A stretch of 64,000 nt of DNA from an uncultured Desulfatitalea sp. GTDB lineage: Bacteria; Desulfobacterota; Desulfobacteria; Desulfobacterales; Desulfosarcinaceae. The translations under genes were made by a program, and so were the position numbers. The DNA lies in the NCBI GenBank assembly GCA_963668675.2, contig CAXXMB010000001.1, positions 672,001-736,000 of the forward strand, written 5' to 3'. This document shows positions 56,824-64,000 of the stretch, piece after piece. Under the pieces are notes generated by a model. It ran no database searches. It had not been told where the DNA came from and worked only from the letters and a program-made list of their open reading frames with translations. Within the stretch, counting starts at the first letter, position 1. Each line of letters starts with the position of its first letter.

Positions 56824-57966
56824 TTACCAGTAGCTTCGAATGACTGCGAACAGCGAGTCGAAAAGGATGATGAGAAAGATGCCGCTCACCACGGCTGAAG
56901 TGGCGGCGTTGCCTACCTGCGCCGATCCTCCGCGTACCTCAAAGCCGCGCAGGCAGCCGATCCAGGCGATCAACGCGGCAAAGACGACGCTCTTCATCAA
57001 TCCCCAGATGAATTCGAACAGGGAGAGCGCTTTAATCGTTTGATCCACATAGGTGCTGACGGTCAGGTCCAGCATGGAGACGCTGATCACCATGCCGCCC
57101 ATGATGGCAAAGAGGTCCGAAAAGAGTGTCAGCAGGGGGACCACGAGTACGGCGGCGGCCATGCGGGGAATCACCAGGAAGAGGGTGGGGGAGAACCCCA
57201 TGGTAAAGAGGGCATCGACCTCATCCGAAATGCGCATGGTGCCGATTTCGGCGGCAAACGCCGATCCGGAGCGGCCGGCCACGATAATGGCCGTCATGAT
57301 CGGGCCCAGCTCGGAGACCATGGCCAAGCCCACCAGTCGGGCCACATAGACGCTGGCGCCGAACTGTTCGAGTTGAAGGCTGGAGACAAAGGCCATGATC
57401 AGACCGAGGAGAAAACTGATCATACCGACGATGGGCACCGCATCGACGCCGATCTTCTGCATGAACACGATGGTGTCCCCAATTCGCAGGCTGCGCGGAT
57501 GGCGGATCACGTGGATCAGGCAGAGGACCACTGATCCAAGAAAGGAGACCAGAAACCGGATGTTGTCGGCCACCTTCAAGGAGGCGTCGCCCAGCCGTAT
57601 GATCAGGTTGGCTGGCTTTTTGGGCGTGATGGGGGTGCACTGTTCCGGATGATCGAAATTTGCCAGGGCCAGTATTTCCGACACTTTTGGGGGAGGCTGC
57701 ACAATACGGAAGGGAACATTTTTCCCATTGAGATAGTTGCGCAACTCAGAAAGGACCAGTACGCCGAAATCGTCGAAATAGCTGACCCGGTTGAGGTCGA
57801 AAGTGACCTGGGGCGGTTGTTTGGTCTTGATTTCAGAGAGGAGCTGTTTGAGCAGATCGGCGGCAATGCGGTGGTCGATACGACCAAGCAGTTGAATGCC
57901 GAAGGCGCCATCCGGGCTGGCCATTACTTTATAGGCGTCGGAATCGGCTTGGACGGCATCGGTCAT
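56824..57966 (-). CDS. MlaE-family permease with an N-terminal STAS-like domain
   Basis: DL..V..FD.FG STAS pattern; ELGPIMTAIIVAGRSGSAFAAEIGTM; VGNAATSAVV. Confidence 0.92.
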   Translation of the reverse strand: MTDAVQADSDAYKVMASPDGAFGIQLLGRIDHRIAADLLKQLLSEIKTKQPPQVTFDLNRVSYFDDFGVLVLSELRNYLNGKNVPFRIVQPPPKVSEILALANFDHPEQCTPITPKKPANLIIRLGDASLKVADNIRFLVSFLGSVVLCLIHVIRHPRSLRIGDTIVFMQKIGVDAVPIVGMISFLLGLIMAFVSSLQLEQFGASVYVARLVGLAMVSELGPIMTAIIVAGRSGSAFAAEIGTMRISDEVDALFTMGFSPTLFLVIPRMAAAVLVVPLLTLFSDLFAIMGGMVISVSMLDLTVSTYVDQTIKALSLFEFIWGLMKSVVFAALIAWIGCLRGFEVRGGSAQVGNAATSAVVSGIFLIILFDSLFAVIRSYW

Positions 57967-57981
57967 AGAGGCTCCTGGTAA

Positions 57982-58212
57982 TTACTTCGATCGCCACTCC
58001 TCAAGTTGCACCAACAGGGGCTCCCATCCCGGAATGGGACGGGCTGTGGAGATGCTTTGGGCCAGATAGCTCTGGATACGATCCAGGATGCTGCACGTGG
58101 TGGCACAACCTGGAAATTGTTGGCGGGATGCACACTCCCTGCAAGGGCTTTTTACCAGATGGCCCATCTCATAGTCCAGAACACGTTTTTTATATGATTT
58201 GCGTTGGGTCAT
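57982..58212 (-). CDS. Small hypothetical Cys-motif protein (76 aa)
   Basis: SPCREC…PGC…C; stop 15 bp before the mlaE-like start, same strand. Confidence 0.62.
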   Translation of the reverse strand: MTQRKSYKKRVLDYEMGHLVKSPCRECASRQQFPGCATTCSILDRIQSYLAQSISTARPIPGWEPLLVQLEEWRSK

Positions 58213-58240
58213 TGAAAATTGTTCTTCAGGCTGTGGGTTA

Positions 58241-58337
58241 TAATCCTGCGAGTCCGGTGGGCGGTCTGCACCTCACGCAAACGCATGTAAGTGCAATGCT
58301 GACGAGGTGCAGACCGCCCACCGGACTCGCAGGATTA
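58241..58337. repeat. Perfect 34-bp inverted repeat with a 29-bp spacer
   Basis: taatcctgcgagtccggtgggcggtctgcacctc (58241-58274) / gaggtgcagaccgcccaccggactcgcaggatta (58304-58337). Confidence 0.92.
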
Positions 58338-58368
58338 GTCGGGCTTAACGTGGTTTCGCAACCTATAC

Positions 58369-58461
58369 GGGCGGGCATGAAGCCCGCCCCTACAAACTTC
58401 GTTTAAGGCAACAGCACGTATTTTCAGCCAAATATCGTAGGGGCGGGCTTTACGCCCGCCC
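58369..58461. repeat. Inverted pair of GTAG-type REP palindromes
   Basis: Minus GTAGgggcgggcttcatgcccgccc (58369-58393) and plus GTAGgggcgggctttacgcccgccc (58437-58461). Confidence 0.8.
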
Positions 58462-58549
58462 ATTCCATCCACTTAAGCTTATAAACATTCAAACATCAAG
58501 TCTGAATCCATATCATATTAAATCCATAATAACAACGGATGGTTGTCTC

Positions 58550-61192
58550 TCACTGCTGCAGGGGTGACGGGTAGAGCCCGGTTGGCGGAAAGACCAGTTT
58601 GAAGCCGAAGTCGTCATAGTAGATGTTGGTGCTGCCGGTGCCGTATGCGTGCAGTCCCAATTCAGGCAGGCCAAGCGCCGAGCTGGTAGGGGGCGTCTGC
58701 AGATCTGGATGGTAATGGCTCAGGACCACATTGTCGATGGCGATGGCGCCGCCGAACAGATCGGGAATGGAATCGAGATTGGTGACATTGCCGCTATTGA
58801 CCGCATCCCATTGGATGAGGCGGAAATAGTCCTGATCCGCTGTCCAGTTACCCCCTTCTTCGGCAAACCACTCCAGGCTTTCACCAGAACTGCGGCGGGG
58901 GTATGCTAAGGTGTGGGCGTCAAGGGGATCGCTGTTTCCTGGCGGATTCCCGGTTTCGCTGGCATAGTAGGCCTTGATGATATTGGTCTGCGAGTCGGTC
59001 GCAGCGTTGTATCCGTAAACACGCGCGGATCTGCTGCCGTGGCCGACTGTAACGATACGCTCGTTGGATTGGAACTGGGTGCTGTTGGATATATTGTTGA
59101 GCAGAAGGGTGCCGACGGCATTTGTGCCGGCCCAATCGGCGTCGCTTAGCATCGGCGGCGAGATGACCGTTCCCATGGCGCCGCTGGTCAGGCCGTAGAC
59201 ACGATCCCCCATCTCGAACGGTTCGGTGCCACCCTGATCGAAGCTCACCTTGGCGGCTTCCTGGAGTCGAACCGCCAGAGTGGAGTCGTGTGCCGGCCAT
59301 TGGCAGGTAATTCGAATGTCGTCGACGATCCAGCCAAAATCGAACGCATCGGATGAGTTCTTGTCGAAGTAGAATTCGATTCGAATTGTGTGGCCGGCAA
59401 AGCTGGTGAGGTCGGCCGATGCCAACCAGAAGTCCGATATCCTGGAGCTTTTGGAAAAGCTTTGAGATGTTCGTGTGCTCTCATCAACATCATAGATTCT
59501 AAGCTCCTGAACATCCGATGCATCGAAATTCTCCCAGCTTCTGAAGGTCAGGCTTATTTCAGCAGAATCGCTACAGGCGAGTACTATGTCCGGAGATTGT
59601 ATGCTGCCATTCTGGATTGTATCGGTAATGGGGCCAAAACGCAGTGCCGGCTGAGATGGATAGCCGAAACCTGAATAGAGATACCACAAGTTTTCGGATG
59701 CTTCGGGCACTCGGGTCCAGCCGTTCAGGGTCCCGGAATCAAAATTTTCCTCATAAAACAGGGATTGGAGGTTTTTGTAAGCTATCCACTGTCGATTGGC
59801 GCCAACATCGCTCTGATACCACAATACGATAAGTGGCTGGTCATTTATCGGCACAATGTCATTGGGAATTCTGTCGCCCATGCCACTATAGCCTCGCAGA
59901 AAAGAGAGACCATAACCGTTATAGTTTGAGTTTGAAGTGACGGTGTTCAAGCGAAAAGAAAGCCCGGCAGCCACGTAAGCCGGAATCAGATATGGGCTAT
60001 CAGGTAAAGGAGAAAAACCAACCTTGACCTGGGCGTCGTAGCTCATGTACCCGCCGGTGGAGCGGCGATAAGCGTTGAAAATGTCTTCTGTGACCGATGA
60101 TTTGAGCTCTACCAGGCTGCTGTCATCATCCGCCCTGGTGATCCTCATTGCCTGATTGCCGTCCACCTCCGCAATGTCAACCCCGGTAGTTCCGGGGGCG
60201 GTAACGTCCCAGTTGTCGGGCACCGTGTCGGTATCATCGAAGTTGTCCTCCATGGTTCGGGTGGGGGCGGACGATGCGGAGAGGGGAAGGGCGCTGTAGT
60301 AGATCACCTCGCGGTCGGTGCCGGCGGTGGCGCCCCCCACGATGCCCAGGGAGTGGACGCGGGCATAGTTGGTCAGCACCATGGATGCACCGGCGGCGAC
60401 CGGGAAACCCATGCTTGCCTGGTTGGGGTCGCTCACCCCTTCGAACTGGTTGCTGGAGCGGTTGTTGTAGCGATAGTCGAGAACGATGCTGCCGTCCAGG
60501 ATGAAACGGCCGTTGCGCAGGGGAAAGAGCGCGCCTTCGCCCGAATTGTAAGGGAGGGTCCCGCCGGTCTGCAGGGATCCCACGGCATTGCGAACCCTGG
60601 CGGCCGGATAGGCGATGGTGCCGTCCTGCACGGCATTGACAAGCGGGTCCACGGTGAAGGTGATGTTGCCATCCTGGGTGAAGGTTGCCGGCGAGGCGTT
60701 GTTGACGGTGTAGAGCTGGCCGTCGATGCTCAGCAGGCTGGCGCCGGTGCTGACCTGAACCTCGTCACCATCCAGGGTATTGTCCACCGGCAGGCTGCCG
60801 GGCGGATTGGCCGTGATCTGGGTGCTGGTGGCGTTGGCATCTCCGGTAATTTCGTAGAAGTAGCTGTAGACGCGCAGGTGAAATTGGCCCTCGTCGTCTG
60901 CAAGGGTGAAGTTGCCGCCGTCCATGTCCTCTATGGCGGCGTTCTTGTCGGGCTCTGCCGGCCCTGCATTGCGGTAGCGGCTCTCAAGCAGTCGATAGCC
61001 GGATTCGGCCAACAGGTAGGCTTTGTTCGAAAGGGCGGTGATGGCCGCCTGGCGGCTGGAGCTGCTGATCAGGGGGATGAGGCTGGCCGCCAATACCGAA
61101 AAGATCAGGATGGCCGCAATGATGGCGATCAGCGCACTGCCGCGGAGCGCTTTAAGGGGAGTCGTCTTTTGGGGGTTTGTCAATGTTGTCAT
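58550..61192 (-). CDS. Large PilX-like pilin-anchored adhesin/pilus tip protein
   Basis: RG|SALIAIIAAILIFSVLA (no Glu5), A.LLAESG PilX-like motif; long beta-rich Asp/Asn/Ser/Thr-rich body. Confidence 0.72.
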   Translation of the reverse strand: MTTLTNPQKTTPLKALRGSALIAIIAAILIFSVLAASLIPLISSSSRQAAITALSNKAYLLAESGYRLLESRYRNAGPAEPDKNAAIEDMDGGNFTLADDEGQFHLRVYSYFYEITGDANATSTQITANPPGSLPVDNTLDGDEVQVSTGASLLSIDGQLYTVNNASPATFTQDGNITFTVDPLVNAVQDGTIAYPAARVRNAVGSLQTGGTLPYNSGEGALFPLRNGRFILDGSIVLDYRYNNRSSNQFEGVSDPNQASMGFPVAAGASMVLTNYARVHSLGIVGGATAGTDREVIYYSALPLSASSAPTRTMEDNFDDTDTVPDNWDVTAPGTTGVDIAEVDGNQAMRITRADDDSSLVELKSSVTEDIFNAYRRSTGGYMSYDAQVKVGFSPLPDSPYLIPAYVAAGLSFRLNTVTSNSNYNGYGLSFLRGYSGMGDRIPNDIVPINDQPLIVLWYQSDVGANRQWIAYKNLQSLFYEENFDSGTLNGWTRVPEASENLWYLYSGFGYPSQPALRFGPITDTIQNGSIQSPDIVLACSDSAEISLTFRSWENFDASDVQELRIYDVDESTRTSQSFSKSSRISDFWLASADLTSFAGHTIRIEFYFDKNSSDAFDFGWIVDDIRITCQWPAHDSTLAVRLQEAAKVSFDQGGTEPFEMGDRVYGLTSGAMGTVISPPMLSDADWAGTNAVGTLLLNNISNSTQFQSNERIVTVGHGSRSARVYGYNAATDSQTNIIKAYYASETGNPPGNSDPLDAHTLAYPRRSSGESLEWFAEEGGNWTADQDYFRLIQWDAVNSGNVTNLDSIPDLFGGAIAIDNVVLSHYHPDLQTPPTSSALGLPELGLHAYGTGSTNIYYDDFGFKLVFPPTGLYPSPLQQ

Positions 61193-61812
61193 GGGGCCGC
61201 CCCGCCTAAGTTGTCTGTGTTGCGCATGTGGACCAGCGTCGAAAAATCCTGGGTGCGACCGGGGGCATCCGGCCGGTTCAGGCTAAGGGTGATTTCGATG
61301 GTGGACAAGAGAGGCAGGTTGAACTGCCAGGCCAGGGGATTGGCGCCCTGGTAGTACTGCAGATCGAAATTCTGGACATCGTCCGCCAGAATGTCGCCAT
61401 CCTCCGGATCGAGGGTGGTCGTTCCGGAGGGAAGATCCGTGTGGAGCAGCAAGGTCTGTTCCGAGGCGTAAAATTGGATCGCAAGGGTCCGCACGGTGGG
61501 AATGCCGCTCACCTCCTGAACGCGTTCGTAGATGATCGATGGATTGGTGCCTTCGTCGATTTGGCGGATGTTGGTCAGCTCGCTCAACTCCCGCATCACC
61601 CGCGTCATGGCAAGGTGTCCCTTCTGGGCGATCTGGCTGTTGGTCCGACTGAAATCGTATCCCTCCATTGCCGCCACCAGCCCCATGCCGAAGATGGAGG
61701 CCAGGATGGCCATCAGTGCCAGTGAGACGATCAGTTCGATAAAGGTGAAACCGCTATCGTCGGACGTGAGGCATCGCATCTGGTTTGGAAAGCATTTCAG
61801 TGTGCGCTGCAT
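61189..61812 (-). CDS. Prepilin-type N-methylation protein (PilW/GspJ-like)
   Basis: SG|FTFIELIVSLALMAIL. Confidence 0.88.
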   Translation of the reverse strand: MQRTLKCFPNQMRCLTSDDSGFTFIELIVSLALMAILASIFGMGLVAAMEGYDFSRTNSQIAQKGHLAMTRVMRELSELTNIRQIDEGTNPSIIYERVQEVSGIPTVRTLAIQFYASEQTLLLHTDLPSGTTTLDPEDGDILADDVQNFDLQYYQGANPLAWQFNLPLLSTIEITLSLNRPDAPGRTQDFSTLVHMRNTDNLGGAAP

Positions 61813-61831
61813 CGGTCAACACTCCATAAGA

Positions 61832-62422
61832 TTAACGGGTAAACAGGGCCGTCAAGTGGTGCTGGGTGCCTGTGACGGAGAGGATCACCTTAAGTGTCGT
61901 GTCTGTGGCGTCGCAATTGGTATTTTCCAGCGACGGATCTTCATCGTTGTTTGTATCGAACCCGATGCAGCTGGTCGTCGCCTGGAGCGATACGCCGTTG
62001 GTGTAAGGTCTGCTCGCGTCCCAATAGGTGCCGCTCGTTCCGATCCGGCTTTGCAGGGTAACCAGGGGCGAGGCATCGGTACGGCGCAACAGGCGATAGT
62101 CCGATGCGATATTGTCCATGATCGCCCTCAGGGCCAGGTTTTCATCGATGGTCTGCACCGGAACGTAGCTACGCCGCGTCTGGTTGGCCATGACCTGGAC
62201 CAGGATCGTGGCCAGAACGGCGGATATGACGATGGTGACGATGATCTCGATCAGGGTGAAGCCGGACCGGCTGCGCTGGAGTATGGAAGTATGAAAGTAT
62301 GAACGTAAGAAAGTTAAGGTATTTTGTCGATTTTTGTCTGCATGCGCATCTCCGGTGTATTGCGGCACGCTGTGGGCATTTTTGCGTAAGGATTTAGTGG
62401 TGTTTAGGATCGCTCCGCTCAT
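61832..62422 (-). CDS. Prepilin-type N-methylation protein (PilV/GspI-like)
   Basis: SG|FTLIEIIVTIVISAVL; ATGA overlap with the upstream gene. Confidence 0.85.
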   Translation of the reverse strand: MSGAILNTTKSLRKNAHSVPQYTGDAHADKNRQNTLTFLRSYFHTSILQRSRSGFTLIEIIVTIVISAVLATILVQVMANQTRRSYVPVQTIDENLALRAIMDNIASDYRLLRRTDASPLVTLQSRIGTSGTYWDASRPYTNGVSLQATTSCIGFDTNNDEDPSLENTNCDATDTTLKVILSVTGTQHHLTALFTR

Positions 62423-62901
62423 CGCGCATATCCTGTGTTTTCGATGACCGCTACATCGCCGCTTTGGGTTCCTGTGGAGAGGGTGAGTGTCACTTGGCCT
62501 CCAGAGAATGCTATTAAACCATCGATGATGACAGGCACACCCCAGTTGTCGAAGCTCAGCGTAAAATCCCCCTGGGTGATCGAAACGCCGTCCGCCGAGA
62601 GGTCGATGTCGTCTTCGGTTGCACCGGGAAAGACCTGGCGGTTGGCGATGTTCTCTCTAAACAGCCAGTATGTTCCGCTGGCGTCACTGTACCGGACACC
62701 CCAAGGATCGGCGCTGTTCATGGCACGCATTTGGGCGTAGCGGATGTGGGAGATGAGCACCTGTGAGGCCGATCGGATGGTCACCTCCGGAATGGGTTGG
62801 CGCAGCACGGCTATGGTGGCGAAGATGCTGATGAAGACCAGCACCAGGATGACCTCGAGTAGGGTGAAGCCGTTGTTATTCCGAATGATTTTAATCCGCA
62901 T
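62419..62901 (-). CDS. Prepilin-type N-methylation protein (FimU/GspH-like)
   Basis: NG|FTLLEVILVLV; IRYAQMRAM; FDNWG.P; C-terminal ENTGY; RBS AAGGAG. Confidence 0.88.
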   Translation of the reverse strand: MRIKIIRNNNGFTLLEVILVLVFISIFATIAVLRQPIPEVTIRSASQVLISHIRYAQMRAMNSADPWGVRYSDASGTYWLFRENIANRQVFPGATEDDIDLSADGVSITQGDFTLSFDNWGVPVIIDGLIAFSGGQVTLTLSTGTQSGDVAVIENTGYAR

Positions 62902-63065
62902 GACTCCTTCATACCAAATGGCGGTTCAGAAAGAAACAGCGTTGTCCAACCCAGACGGTAATGGTTCGAAGCGAAACGGTTCTCTCCTTGATCCTTTTAC
63001 CCGAAGCTGTTAATCGTGGCAATTGCAATATTAATGTATTCGTAGGGAGTTAGGAGACAATTTCT

Positions 63066-64000
63066 TTGCTTGAACGCTATCGTGCGACGATCTGGGCAGC
63101 CTTATCCCTCCTCGGTCTGCTACTGGCCTGTTATGGCAACAGCTTCCAGGCCTCGTGGCATTACGACGATTTTCACACCATCGTTAAAAACGAACGGGTC
63201 CATATGACCCGCTGGAACTGGGAACAGATGGATCGTGCAATGACGTCCGGTCCATCGCACCAGACCATCTCGCGACCGCTCGCCCGTTTGAGTTTTGCCG
63301 TCAATTACAAAATCGGGCAGCTCGATGTGTTCGGGTACCACCTCGTCAATTTTGTCATCCATTGGTTAGCCGGTCTGGTGCTGTTTCTGCTGATCAGAGG
63401 GACCCTGATGTTGCCCGCATTCGAGGGGCGATACCGGAGCAGGGCGACGCTGATCGCCTGGATAGCAGCCGCTTTTTGGGCGTGCCATCCGATTCAGGTG
63501 ACGGCTGTCACCTATATTGTCCAACGGATGACCTCCCTGGCCGGTCTGTTCTACCTCTCGGCCATGTACGGCTATATGCTCGGTCGCTGCTCGGAGCGGA
63601 AAGGGGTGCGCTGGACGGCATTTGGTTTGTGCGCTTTGAGCTGCAGCGCTGCCTTGCTCACCAAGGAAAATTCCGTGCTTCTGTTCTATTCGCTCCTGCT
63701 CTACGATCTTCTCTTTTTTCAGAGATTGGACAAGGATTCCCTCAGGCGAACCGCTATGATTGGTGTGGGAATTGCCATCCTTTTGGGCGGGTTGAGCCTG
63801 CTCTATCTCGACCCTCAACAGCTGTTTGCCCCCTATTCGAACCGTCCGTTTACCATGCTGGAGCGGCTGCTCACCCAACCCCGGGTGCTGTTTATCTATT
63901 TGGCATCGATTGCCGTTCCCATGACCAACCACATGGCCATCCTGCATGATGTCGCCATTTCACATTCGCTGTTTGATCCATGGACGACACTGCCCGCCAT
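63066..64000 (+). CDS. TMTC-like GT-C membrane glycosyltransferase, 3'-truncated by the window edge (absent from the ORF track)
   Basis: Hand translation from TTG 63066 (RBS AGGAG) is open to the window end: YGNSFQASWHYDD, RPLARLSFAVNY, GYHLVNFVIH, WACHPIQVTAVTYIVQR, LLTKEN. Confidence 0.85.
   Translation, partial: MLERYRATIWAALSLLGLLLACYGNSFQASWHYDDFHTIVKNERVHMTRWNWEQMDRAMTSGPSHQTISRPLARLSFAVNYKIGQLDVFGYHLVNFVIHWLAGLVLFLLIRGTLMLPAFEGRYRSRATLIAWIAAAFWACHPIQVTAVTYIVQRMTSLAGLFYLSAMYGYMLGRCSERKGVRWTAFGLCALSCSAALLTKENSVLLFYSLLLYDLLFFQRLDKDSLRRTAMIGVGIAILLGGLSLLYLDPQQLFAPYSNRPFTMLERLLTQPRVLFIYLASIAVPMTNHMAILHDVAISHSLFDPWTTLPA

Noticed and set aside
16703..61354. Long antisense ORFs (e.g. 16703-17581, 19348-20310, 25768-26649, 37221-38150, 48306-49118, 60353-61354)
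   Set aside because: Shadow frames of well-supported genes, expected from GC-rich codon bias
63362..63949. ORF-track entries 63362-63949 (+) and 63366-63947 (-)
   Set aside because: Off-frame to the membrane glycosyltransferase ORF starting at 63066

Overview
Mostly core-genome window from a Gram-negative bacterium of moderately high GC. Gene content suggests a Desulfobacterota (deltaproteobacterial) member; this is inference only. About 58 CDSs and one tRNA-Arg(UCU) are supported. They include a PP2C/protease/Ser-Thr kinase cluster, rpoH, a TPR + LolB-like pair, Mrp, RimK-like, dGTPase-like, mutS, amidase, crotonase, paaK + ACT, a GAF-PilB/GspE ATPase, maf-yggS-queH-M48, a binding protein + MCP pair, DAHP synthase, PPIase, yjgA, hemW, fliK-like/flhB-like-recB-recD (no recC in the window), ilvA, a Tat-exported FAD oxidoreductase with LytS/2TM/LytTR, Mla/Pqi-like ABC-pgi-membrane patatin, a type IV minor-pilin cluster with a giant PilX-like adhesin, and a truncated TMTC-like glycosyltransferase. 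No integrase, transposase, CRISPR array or rRNA was seen. Elements read directly from the DNA and absent from the ORF track are: (1) a Tyr/Phe-rich leader peptide with a terminator/antiterminator upstream of DAHP synthase; (2) a 59-aa six-Cys protein with a long structured leader, followed by competing hairpins and a 448-aa protein that looks like tandem degenerate HTH domains (my best candidate for an undescribed system); (3) sigma-28-like promoters upstream of the binding protein-MCP pair and the fliK-like...recBD unit; (4) several palindromic, REP-like or MITE-like elements. All function calls come from motif recognition by eye; no searches were run.
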